Shown: positions 13,301 to 23,706 of the stretch, one piece after another
How positions within the stretch are numbered: the stretch's first letter is position 1
How the letters are laid out: the number at the start of each line of letters is the position of its first letter
NCBI GenBank assembly: GCA_024679065.1
Contig: JAGIQG010000009.1
Coordinates: forward strand, 96,782,001 to 96,846,000
Origin: Sphyrna mokarran
Taxonomy: Eukaryota
Direction: 5' to 3'
DNA length: 64,000 bases
Notes under the pieces: generated by a model
The model's input: only the letters and a program-made list of their open reading frames with translations
Databases searched by the model: none
Told to the model about the DNA's origin: nothing
Made by a program: the position numbers and the translations under genes

Positions 13301-15547
13301 ACATCAAGAAAAATAATTACTTGTGGTGATTTCACAGTAAACCATTGAAAGCTATTGTAGATTGTTTCCACCATCCTAACAAATGGGAGCTTAAGTTATC
13401 TGCTGCTCTAAATTCAAAGAATCAGTCAGAGACCAGCAAGAATAACAAGCTCGGGGTCCTCTTATTTGCTGACGTTCACAACTGCACCAAATAATGAATG
13501 CAGAAAGACTTAAAATGTTTAGGCTTAAAATATTATTAATAGAACAATGATTCTGATTCTAAGTCAATACTGGACTATTTATATGAAAAATGAAACTTTT
13601 TTTCAAATTTGCATATGTCTAAAACTGACACAAGCCAATACAATGCCCAATGCCACACTCACAATCAATCGCTACACTTTCTAATGCTCAAGATAGAGAT
13701 AGAGATTCATTAATAGTCAGTGTGAACACCTCACCTACTGACAACCGTTCATTTATATGGTACTATTTTAATTTTCACAGGTAAATTCTCCAGAAAACTT
13801 AGTAAAAATGACAGAAAGGAAACTGGATAGGAAATGTGTTTAAAACTATAAATATTATGACTGTTATAAATAAACATTTATGCGTTGTTCGATTTAAACA
13901 AAACAATGACAATTGTATTTTTGACTATTAAATATATTTAATAAAGTATTTTATTTCTCTCCAAATAGACAGATGAAGTCGATAATTTGCAGTATTCGAC
14001 TCTGGTCATCAGAAAACAGAAGCAAACACTCCAAACTCCTGCAGATAAAGACAAGGTTGTGTGTGGTTTGTTAAAATATTGATCTTTAAATCGTAAAACC
14101 CCTACACTACAGAAGGAGGTCATTTGGCCCATCGAGTCTGTACTGACCACAATTCTACCCAGACCTAATTCCTGAAACCTCATGCGTTTGTCCTGCTAAT
14201 CCCCCTCACACCAGGATTATTTAGTATAGCCAATCAATTAACTCACACATTTTTGGACAGTGGGAAGAAACTGGAGCACTCAGAGGAAACCCAACAGACA
14301 TGGCAGAAAGTGCAAGCTCCACACATACAGTGACAAAAGGCTTGAATTAAACCTGGGACGCTGGTGCTGTGAATCAGCAGTGGCAACCACGCCCATGCCT
14401 GTACCATGCCAATTAGCATCCACCATCCAACATCTTAAGTTACTGCATATTATGCTTGCATATAACTCAAACTACTCATCTCTCCATTAATCCTTTACAA
14501 TATCATTTCTATGTCAGCAATTACACTGATACCTCAATCCAGATTCATCTACTTTAAATATTCAAAAATATTGTTCAATTACATAGTATGATGACCTCTG
14601 GGGCACAATATAAGCATTGTTGGTTGACAACAAATTGCTAATTTACAAGATAGAGATAGAATACATGTTAACAAAAGAAGCCACAATCGGCAACTGGTTT
14701 TCTGGAGATAATTGGTTTCTTACAAAATTTCCATCTTAAAATTTGTTTTCTACACACCGACAGGAAAAATTGCCATGGATAAAATCCTCCACGCACACTA
14801 TAATACAATAAACATGTGAAAATATATTGACATGCATCTTGACAAAGACAACATAATAAGACATTACTTATTTCTAACTAATATCATAGAATCGTAGAAT
14901 CCCTACAGTGAAGAAGGAAACCATTCGGCCCACCCAGGCCCATTCCCATAACCCCAGATGGCTTCCCTACTAATCCCCCTCACACAGTGGGCAATTTACC
15001 ACCGTCAATCTACCTAAGCCATACACCTTTGGAGTATGAGAGGAAACCGGAGCACCTAAAGGAGGATGTGCAAACTCCACCCAAACAGTGATCAAGGCCG
15101 GAATTGAACCTAAGAGCCTGGCATTATGAGGCAGCAGCACTAACTGCTGCGCCATTTTGCTGTCCTTCCTTAAATAAGGAGAGCAATTGTGTGCAAATAT
15201 TCCAGTTGTGGTCTCACCAAATGTATGACTAAAGCACGGTAAGAAGTCTCACAGCACCAGGTTAAAGTCCAACAGGTGTATTCGGTAGCACAAGCCACAA
15301 GCTTTCGGAGCAGTGCCCTTTCATTAGATGGGAGTTCTGTTCAAAAACAGGGAATATGAAGACCCAAACTCAATATACAAAATAATAACTGAAGCATAAC
15401 CTCCCTAATTTGCTATCAATTCCTCTCACAATCAATGATAATATTCTATTAGCTTTTCAAATATGTCCATGTGTTATTTGCATTAATGCTTTATTTCTGC
15501 TCAAACAGGCAGATGAAGTAGAAACTGTATACAATACTGTTCACTGA
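1297..15547 (+). CDS. NCR3: Gene A: NKp30/NCR3-like single VJ-domain receptor, inhibitory type; join(1297..1339,4253..4591,8381..8518,10133..10173,13969..14055,15509..15547), 228 aa
   Basis: Six exons with GT-AG boundaries and compatible phases (1,1,1,0,0) give 687 nt with no internal stop: signal peptide, V domain, uncharged TM, then LQYSTL (ITIM) and TVYNTV (ITSM). The symbol marks family resemblance, not proven orthology. Confidence 0.8.
2770..3070 (-). mobile_element. HE1-type V-SINE, alternative-tail variant
   Basis: tRNA-like head, core gtggagtttgcacattctc, tail ...gtgttaatataagtctac. Confidence 0.85.
3215..3472 (-). mobile_element. HE1-type V-SINE, alternative-tail variant
   Basis: Same head, core and tail as 2770-3070. 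Confidence 0.85.
3560..3840 (-). mobile_element. HE1-type V-SINE
   Basis: Core plus gatggg..ggcctcct..gggattcta tail. Confidence 0.8.
4253..4591 (+). CDS. Gene A exon 2, VJ-type Ig V domain
   Basis: Acceptor ttacag|, donor G|gtaagc. Has B-strand Cys, YTWHR, GNELSNSTPEYSGR (cf. NKp30 GKEVRNGTPEFRGR), DAATYYC and J-like YGTGTTLIVT. Confidence 0.95.
5048..5375 (+). mobile_element. HE1-type V-SINE
   Basis: Full head, core and attctatg tail. Confidence 0.85.
7235..8235. mobile_element. Two decayed CR1 3' fragments, tail to tail (+ about 7235-7730, - about 7750-8235)
   Basis: KVQRRFTRML-type remnants on both strands. Confidence 0.7.
8381..8518 (+). CDS. Gene A exon 3, stalk plus uncharged transmembrane helix
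   Basis: Acceptor acaacag|, phase 1-1. Encodes AKKESEGQLSAHVTNPYTVLLILAILFVLVLFSATITVIFNRNKRK with a basic stop-transfer segment. Confidence 0.9.
8790..9077 (-). mobile_element. HE1-type V-SINE, alternative-tail variant
   Basis: As 2770-3070. Confidence 0.85.
9902..10026. mobile_element. Short MITE-like element
   Basis: Imperfect inverted ends gggcagaattctc ... gagaaatccaaccc; a related decayed copy lies at about 9085-9190. Confidence 0.4.
10133..10173 (+). CDS. Gene A exon 4, membrane-proximal cytoplasmic exon VRHDGRPPTRNANQ
   Basis: Polypyrimidine tract, cttacag| ... CAG|gtatct, phase 1-0. A 41-nt paralogue sits at 21216. Confidence 0.75.
10509..11860 (-). mobile_element. Young 5'-truncated CR1-clade (HER1-like) LINE, RT C-terminal half
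   Basis: ORFs with GVPQGSVLGPLLF and KFADDTK, one frameshift near 11580, (TTCTATG)n tail, and a probable 7-bp TSD cagaaat at 10502-10508 and 11857-11863. Confidence 0.95.
12658..12974 (+). mobile_element. HE1-type V-SINE
   Basis: A/B-box-like head tggcacagcggt..ggttcaattcc, core and tail. Confidence 0.9.
13969..14055 (+). CDS. Gene A exon 5, ITIM exon TDEVDNLQYSTLVIRKQKQTLQTPADKDK
   Basis: ttatttctctccaaatag| ... AAG|gttgtg, phase 0-0. LQYSTL fits (I/V/L/S)xYxx(L/V). Confidence 0.8.
14090..14395 (-). mobile_element. HE1-type V-SINE
   Basis: Head, core and tail on the minus strand. Confidence 0.85.
14885..15166 (-). mobile_element. HE1-type V-SINE
   Basis: Head, core and tail on the minus strand. 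Confidence 0.85.
15235..15390 (-). mobile_element. Penelope-like terminal repeat (intron 5 of gene A)
   Basis: Reverse complement reads CTAATGA-aagggcactgctcc-GAAA-gctt...cctgttggactttaacctgg. Confidence 0.6.
15509..15547 (+). CDS. Gene A exon 6, terminal ITSM exon ADEVETVYNTVH*
   Basis: Acceptor ttatttctgctcaaacag|, phase 0. TVYNTV fits TxYxx(V/I) and is followed by TGA. Confidence 0.8.
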   Translation, partial: ADEVETVYNTVH

Positions 15548-17110
15548 AAATCAATGAAGTCAAGTGTAAGGAGGAAAACAAGATGGTGTAATGTTCTCCA
15601 GAATTAGGAAATGATCTTGAAGCCATTTAATGAGTCATTCTCCGACTTTATACGCTATCGCACATCATGGAGACATCAAACTGAACTTATCTATTTTATA
15701 ATGCTTTGATGGAATGTATGTGTCGCTGGTAAGGTCAGCATTTGTAACCCATCCTTACTTACTCTTGTACTGAAAGGATTGCAAGGCTATTTCATAGGCA
15801 ACTAAGAGTTAATCGTATTGCCCTGGGTCAAGAGTCCCCAGTTTAAAGGTGCGCAGGCTAGGTGCATTGGCCATGTTTAAATTTTTCCTCAGTGTACCCG
15901 AACAGGTGCTGGAGTGTGGCCACTAGGTTATTTTCACAGGAACTTCATTACAGTGTTAATGTAAGCACTGCATTATAAGTGCTGCTCCAAGAACACTCAA
16001 TTTTACTTTACTTATATGTAGGCCAGATGCAGATTTGCTCTGCAAATGGCATTGATGAACCACATTTGGTACTGTAGCAATCAAGGATAGTAATGGTAAG
16101 AGTGAAGCATCATTACAGTTTATAATTGAAGTAAAATTTCACTAGTTTTTGTCATGACATCTGGACTCAAATCCCAAGAGAATTTTTAGCATTTGGATTT
16201 CTACCCAGTCACTTCTACAGCATCCTCATTTCAAGAATAACTTTATTGCTATTTACCTTTAATTATTGGTGGGGTGTGGCGTTGCTGGCTAGGCCAACAT
16301 TTATTTGACATCCTAATTGCTCTTGAGGAGGTACTGGTGAGCTGCCTTCTTGAACTGTTACAATACCTGTGCTATGGATGCATCCACAATGCTGTTAGGG
16401 GCTGAATTCCAGGATTTTGACCCAGCGACAGTAAATGAATGGAAGTATATTTCCAAGTCAAGATTTGGGATCTTCCAAGTGATGGTGTTCTCATGTGTCT
16501 GTTGCCCCACTAGATGTTGGCAGCACGGGCTTGGAAAGTGCTGCCTAAACAGCCTTCAAGGGTTCCAACAGTGCACCTTGTAGATGGCATACAGATGAAT
16601 GGGTTGCCAATTATCAGACTGTTTTATCGTGAATACAGTAGAGCTCATTGAGTTTTCTTGGAGCAGCGCTTGTCCAGATCCTCATAAGAGCACAAGACCA
16701 TAAGATATAGGGGCAGAATTACGCCATTCAGCCCATCGAGGCTGCTCCACCATTCAACCATGGCTGATATGATTCTCACCCCATACTTTTGCTTCTCCCA
16801 ATATTTCTTGATCTCCTTAGTGATCAAGAACATATCATCTCTGTCTTAAAGAGACTCAAACACCTGACCTCCACAGCCTACTCTGGCAATAAGTTCCACA
16901 GGGTCACCACCTTTTAGCTGAAGAAATTCCCCCTCATCTCTGCTTTAAAGGAGCTTTGCTTAATCTGAAGTTCTGCTCTCAAATTCTAATCTCTCCCTTT
17001 AGTGGACCAGATGAATTCTTAGGACTCTTCAAATTTTCAGCTGTTGTTCTTATGACATGGGTGAACATGGTTTTGAGATTATCATATGTGAAAATACAAT
17101 AATCGCATAT

Positions 17111-17390
17111 CACGGTGACACAGTTGTTAGCACTGCTGCCTCCCATGGCCAGGGACAGGGGCTGGATTCTAGCCTTGGGTGACTGTGTCGATTTTGCATG
17201 TTTTCCCCATGTCTGCATGGGTTTTCTCTGGGTGCTCCAGTTTCCTCCTACATTTTGAAGACATGTAGATTAGATTGATTGGCCATGCTAAATTGTCCCT
17301 TAGCTTAGCGGGGTTATGAGGTAAGCCTGGGTACTAGGCCGGCGCAGACTCAATGGGCTGAATGGCCTCCTGCGCTGTAGGGATTCTATG
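17111..17390 (+). mobile_element. HE1-type V-SINE
   Basis: Head, core and tail. Confidence 0.85.
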
Positions 17391-17930
17391 AAAATGCCAT
17401 TCAACACATCTGAGGAAGAGTTTAATATTTTGCTTCCATCAAATTCTACCAATTCTATAGAACTGGTAATCTGTGGAAATTTTCCCACATGTTTAGGATG
17501 TCGCTGTGTGGTGCATGCTGGTAAGAAATCCAACTCGCAGTTACAGTGAAAGAATATGTTACTTAACACTTTAAGCCATTATGTAAGCCAAATATGCAAT
17601 AAATAAAGAAATTAAGAGTGAATTTATTCTCTCGTAATAGAGAATAAACTGTTCTCTAGTTTATCCTCTGGAGTGTGATCTGGAGTTATTCTTGAGAGTC
17701 TTCTGAAACATTCTCACTATGAACAAAACTATTCACCATTTAAAAGTTCTGTTCTAAGGATGTCGGCCCGTATGCCATCCCAGTTCTAAAAATCCTAAAA
17801 ATCGACAGTCATAGAATTGTGAAATCCCAGGGCAAAGTTGTTTTGTATGTCCCCCTCCCGCACCCTCCCCCATCCCCCATCCCTCTCTTCCCGCTTCCAT
17901 TTCCTCTTACCAGCCAAGCATAGAGATAGA

Positions 17931-18114
17931 GGCGAGGATTCGCGGCCATTCCCGCCGGCGGGATTTTTTGCTCCCGCCCGCAGCGGGCGTGGGGTAACGT
18001 CAATGGGAACTCGCTCCTAACTGTGGCGGGGCCAGAGAATCCTGCCGTTAGCAAACAAGGTGTCACCTCCCGCCGGCGAGAAACACGTGGCTTGGAAGTC
18101 GGAAAAACTCGCCC
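17931..18114. mobile_element. MITE, same family as 55322-55704
   Basis: ggcgaggatt...aaactcgccc; shared core gtcaatggg...gagaatcc...gcaaacaa...ccgccggcg. Confidence 0.6.
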
Positions 18115-18845
18115 AAACTGCTCTTATTTTCATAATTTTACAGGCATTATATTTTACCAGATGATACATAATAAATTGCTTAATACAATTTAAAGTCATT
18201 TATGAGTTCAGCTGTCTTTTTTCCGCAATTTGATTCCCACAATCTCACATTGCCGAATCTGTCACAATTACACTTTGCACTTGCAGGTAAACAGAAGCCG
18301 TATGATTCCAAGAGATTTGCAAATAGCTGTTAGATAATTGACATCTTTGCCTCTGTGTGAGAGCAAAACATAATTAGATTTTACTAAAATGTTTTACCAA
18401 TATTTGCATCTAATATTTACTAGGTAATTCAGTACTTATACTAGCTGCCACGCTCTAATAACAAATCTGTCTAGAAAAAGCTACAAAAGTCTGAAAACAT
18501 GGGTCAAAAAACTCAAACCAGCGTCCTCCTTGGGCCATCAAACTTGTGAAGAGTCCTATCACATATTAGGCTGACTTTTCTCTTCATCCAACCTGTAACT
18601 GCACCACTATATTATGCACCTTATTCTTCTCCTTTACTCCATGAGCGGTATGCTTGGTCTGTATAGCGTGTAGGAAACAATACTTTCAGCTGTATCCCAG
18701 TACATGCGGCTATAAATCAAATCAAATCAAAATATTACTGAAGTAAATTGCAGGATCCAATGGAAGCAGTCTTAGAAACCAATATATTGTATTAGTCATA
18801 AAAATGATCATATTGCATTTTCTAGAAATTTGTACGGCGAGTGAT

Positions 18846-18968
18846 TCACTTGAGGAAAGAACAGTGCTTCGAAAGCTCGTGATTCCAAATAAACCTGTTG
18901 AACTTTAACCTGGTATTGTGAGACTTCTTATTATACTCATCCCATCCAACGACGACATTTCCACATCA
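18846..18968 (+). mobile_element. Penelope-like terminal repeat with minimal hammerhead-like motif
   Basis: TCAC-TTGAGGA-stem II-GAAA-GC-TC-GTGA, then aataaacctgttg...catc. Same family as 15235-15390, 45478-46216 and 52073-52512. Confidence 0.65.
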
Positions 18969-20757
18969 AGACTGCAACCTAATTCTGTTTGAATCTGACT
19001 TAGCTGATCTGATATCCACTTCCACACATTTATTTACATTTCACATTGTGAGAACTTGTAGTCTGCAAAGTTGATTGGGAAGCTTACATTCTCTAACACC
19101 ATTAAATCCGATATGAAGCCTAGTGTTCTCACTACTGTGAACTTACCAGGAACTTACTGTATAGGGAAGAGGACAAAGTAACAAAAACTTGCTCCACATT
19201 AAGCTAGTTTTAATATATAATGTTTCACAAGTATTCGGTTCAGCGCATTTGAGTTAACATTTGTAACTGTGTGATTAGGTTTGTACTCGCATAGTCAACT
19301 TAGACCTTTATTACTCCACATTACATATTAATTGAATGGAAGAGGAGGCAATATTACAATATATTTTAAACACTCATTGCTTTGCACTTATATTTCACAC
19401 ACACTCCGCATTACTATAAATGTTCCCTACTTGGTAATTATTTGCATTAGGTGACAGCCTAGTTGTATTAAGAAGAATAATCTAGAAAATCAGGTGGAAT
19501 TCCACCATGGCAGATTGTGGATTTGAATTCAATTTAAAAAAAAATCTGGAATTAAGAATCTACTGATGACCGTGAAAACAATTTTGACTGTTGGAAAATA
19601 TCATCTGGTTCATTAATGTCCTTTAGCGAAGGAAATCTGTCATCCTTACCTGGTATGGCTTTCATGTGACTGCAGAGCCACAGCAATGTGGTTGACTCTC
19701 AACTGCCCTCCAAGGTCAGCAATGAATGGGTCATAAATGCTGGCCAGTCAGTGATGCTGATGGGCCTCGAATGAATGAAAAAGAGTTTGTAACCTTCTGC
19801 TTAGTTTTAAATTCATAAGAACCATTGTTTTAAAACGAAAGCAACTTTTTTCCAAATACCAACAGCAACAGACAGATAAAAGTATCAGCCATCAAAAGAA
19901 ATATGAAAATAAGGTGTCAAAGATAGGAATGTGAATTAATGAGGAAATTTCACTAAGGCAGCAAAATCTGAGACAATAATTCCAGATATCTACCATGTCA
20001 GTCCAAAAGCATATTTCTCCTATCCTAAACAAATGAGTAAGGAAGGCGCCGTAAGAAAATCATTTGGTTGAGCAAGAAGTCAAAACGTAGCAGAGCGAAG
20101 CTTCAGTGAGCCAAGTGGATCTACAAGTATTTGATATTTTTGAAGGGACAGCCAGGAGGTAGTGCTAACTGACATTAGACAATGATCATTATTCTTGGGG
20201 GCCAGTTTTAATACATCAGTTACATTCATAGCCGAAGAAGATGTGTTTGATGAAGAGCTTGCATCTGAAAGGTTAACATATCTGACTTCTCTATGGATTC
20301 TAACCTGACAGGGTGAGTGCTCCCAGCATTTAGCATTTCCTGAGTCTGCTTCAGTATTATGGTATTTTTCATTATTTATTGGTGGGGGGGGGGGGGCAGG
20401 GTGGGAGACATAAAGAATGAAGACAAGATTGGTAAATGAAACCAAGACTAATTTTATGAGATGTTTATTTCATCTCTCAAACATCTAAAACTTTAGTTTA
20501 ATTTTAATTCCTTTTTTTGAAGTGTTGAACCAAACTCCGCACAAGTCCATTTCAGAGGTGAATAATCAATCCTTAATATGAAGTTTGACTTCAGTTTCTT
20601 TTTGGCATTGGGTGTGTTATCTTAAGAGGAAAAATTAGACAGGCCAGGTTTGTCTCTGCTGGAGAAGAGTAAGCGGTAACTTGATTGAAACTTTTAGGGA
20701 TATTGACAGAGTGGATGGGACAATGTAGCACTAGGGCTTTTGTTGATAAAGTGTCGT

Positions 20758-20873
20758 TAGAACATAGAACATAGAACAATACAGCACAGAACAGGCCCTT
20801 CGGCCTTCGATGTTGTGCCGACCAAAATAAAAAGCAATGCCCCTCCTAACTAAACCATTCCCTTCTCATCCAT
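20758..20873 (-). mobile_element. Extreme 3' end of the same young CR1 family
   Basis: Near-identical to 29115-29232 inverted. Confidence 0.85.
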
Positions 20874-21215
20874 CCATTGTAGATGGAGAGGAGAGAGATT
20901 TGTGTCAGTCAGAGGATCGTGAGTTTTTGAAAATTTCTTCCTCAAAAAGTATTGGAAGCAAAGTCCTTCGCTATGTTTAAGGCAGAGATGGATAGATTCT
21001 TCATAGACGAAGGGATGGGGAGGTGATAATTAATCAGAGGAAAGGATGATGCAGATTTGAGGTTACGATCAAATTAACCATGATCGTATTGAACAACCAT
21101 ACACACTGGCAGGCTGTTTGATCGATCGCTGCTCCTTGTTCGTATGCTCCAATTATGGTGTTGCAGGATATTGATATTTCTAATATTCTATTTTTTCCCT
21201 CAATTTTCCATACAG

Positions 21216-21256
21216 AGAAACGTGATGGAGGATCACCACCTAGAATTGACTATCAG
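21216..21256 (+). other. Duplicate of gene A exon 4 (EKRDGGSPPRIDYQ), orphan or alternative exon
   Basis: ccatacag| 41 nt |gtacat. Same length and phase as 10133-10173, with clear nucleotide similarity. Confidence 0.75.
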
Positions 21257-21276
21257 GTACATTATCCCTTATGATA

Positions 21277-21580
21277 GGGGCTGTATGGTGGCACAGTTGT
21301 TAGCCTCACAGCGCCTGGTAGCCCGGTTCAATTCCCAGCTTGAGTTATTGCATATGTGGAGTATGTGGAGTCTGCTCAATCTCCCCGTGTCTGCGTGAGT
21401 TTCCTCCGGGTGCCCCACTTTCCTCCCACAGTCTGAAAGACACACTGGTTAGGTATTTTGGCTGTGCTAAATTCTCCCTCAGTGTATCCGAACAGATGCT
21501 ACAGTTCACAACGAGGGGATTTTTATCATTATAATAAAAGATTAATTGTGACATGAATAAATCAACGATAAATTTTAAAA
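21277..21580 (+). mobile_element. HE1-type V-SINE, alternative-tail variant
   Basis: Inserted 20 bp after the donor of the 21216 exon. Confidence 0.8.
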
Positions 21581-22029
21581 CTTTAACCTCAAAATCTGCA
21601 CTTCTCAGCATGCCTTATTAAGTAGGTTGTGATTCAGGTCACTGATCTAATCCTTGAAAATATTTCTCAAACTCAGTTGGCTGCTTGAGATGATGAATGG
21701 AACTAATTTGAAAATATCATGCTCTAATGTATTAACTATCAGAGCGAAGGAATCTCTTACTCTGTTTTTCAACTGGCATTCCAGAATGATGAGAACAACC
21801 CTGGTGATTTTTTTTTTTGCCACACGAACTGATGTGTGAGTAACTTATTTGCAGCACCAACTTCATGATCCCATCAGAGATCAATAAGAAGAACGCGACT
21901 GGTTATTCATATCTGCTGTCATTCGCAACCGTATTAAACAATGCACTTGTAACAGCTGAACTATTGAGATTTAAAATATTATTATTAAAAATCATTCTGA
22001 TCATAAATAAATCCAAGGTTATTCATCTG

Positions 22030-22930
22030 ATTTTTAATTCACTCATGGGATGCCGGCATTGCTGGCTGGGCCAGAATTGGTTGTCCATCCCTTTGATTCA
22101 TTCATGCCATGTGGGCATCCATGATTGTCCAGCATTTATTGCCCATCGCTAGTTGCCCTTGGGAAGATGGTGACGAGCTGCCTTCTTGAATCGCTGCTGT
22201 CCCTGAACACAATGTCTTTAGGGAAGGAATTTCAAGATTTTGACCCAGTACTTGGGAAGGAACAGGTGATATGATTCTATGTCAGGATGGTGAGTGGCTT
22301 GGAGGTGACCTTGCATGTGGTGGTGTTCCAATGTACCTGTTGCCCCTATTCTTCTAGATGAAAGTGGTCATGAGTTTGGGGGGTGCTGCATAAGGATCTT
22401 TGGTGAATTCCTGCAGTGCATCTTGTAGATACTGCTGCTACTGACTGCCGATGATGAGGGAGTGGATGTTTGAAGATGTGTGCCAATTAAGTGGGCTGCT
22501 TTGTCTTGGATGGTGTCAAGCTTCTTGAGTGTTGTTGAAGATGCACCAGGAAAGTGAGGAGTATTCCATCACACTTCTGACTTGTGCCTTGAAGATTGTG
22601 GATAAGCTTTGGGGGTATCGCGAGGTGAGCTACTCACCACAGTATTCCGAGATTTTGACCTGCTCTTGGAGCACTCTGTTAATGTGGCAAGTCCATGTGC
22701 GTATCTGGTCAATGATAACCCGCAAGGGTGTTGATATTGGGGGAAATCCAGTGATGGTAAAGTCATTGAATGTCAAAGGAACTGGTTAGAGTGTCGCTTA
22801 TTGGTGATGGGCGCATTTGTGTGGCGTGAATTTCACTGCAACTTGTCAGCCCAAGCGTGGATACTGTCCACATCTTTCCGTACTTGAACACGGACTGCTT
22901 CAATATCTGAATGGTGCTGATCTTGACCTT
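22030..22930 (-). mobile_element. Decayed LINE 3' fragment of a second family (related pieces at about 16270-16680, 33130-33570, 34230-34720)
   Basis: Repeated in the window; its 3' end (gcatttattgcccatc..ttgcccttg) is shared with the second SINE family. Confidence 0.55.
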
Positions 22931-23634
22931 GACCTGAGTAGCATGCCAGGCCATTTTCAGAGGGCTTTTAAGAATCAATCACATTGATTTGGGTCTGGTG
23001 CTACTTATACGCCAGAGCAGGTCAAAACAATAGATTTCCTTTCCAAAAGGACATTAGTGAACCAAATGGTTTTTTAAATGACAATCGGCAATGAACTCGG
23101 GTCCCGTTGGCATTATCCTGAGTCTCTGGATTACTAGTCCAGTGACAATATAACTACACCATCTTCTCCCCATTTTAAATTTTTTTGCTGACAGCGCAAA
23201 ATTGACACAAGGATGAAGTTAAAGTTAAGATTTATTTATTAGCCATAAGTAAGTTTTATATTAACACTGCAATGAAGCTACTATGAAATTTCTGAGTCGC
23301 CACAGTCTGGCGTCTGGGTCAATGCACCCGAATATATTGTCAATGGCGTTACCCACAGCTAGCAAATGATTAAATAACAAATTACAGTTATCAACATGGT
23401 TGCTGGCAGTTGCTTAACTGCAGAATGTTATTTTAACTTTAAACGCTAATTGTTGGCAAAAAAAAAGTCTGAGCTAAAGTGTTGTCAAAGGGAATTGGGC
23501 GTCTAAGGCACATATACAAAATAAATCGCCTGAATGTATGAAAATAAAATTGTTCTGTTCCTTATAAAAACACTAAAGCGATTGTTGTCATCTATTTAAT
23601 ATGTTTAACAAGTACTTTCTGTCTCTTTAAGCAG

Positions 23635-23706
23635 TCTAATGAATTTGATAATGTGCCGTATAGGGAAGCAAACATTCCAAATTTCCGGAGGTAACTAGAA
23701 GATGAG
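23635..23706 (+). other. Diverged duplicate of the gene A Tyr-motif exon (SNEFDNVPYREANIPNFRR*), ITIM degenerated
   Basis: Acceptor tctttaagcag|. Start resembles exon 5 (NEFDN vs DEVDN, Tyr at the same position). In-frame TAA at 23692-23694; donors at 23691 (gtaact) and 23707 (gtatgc). Confidence 0.6.

Noticed and set aside
18287-18337. Acceptor-like site followed by VNRSRMIPRDLQIAVR*, vaguely like histone H2A
   Set aside because: Only 16 aa with no flanking histone similarity; coincidence.
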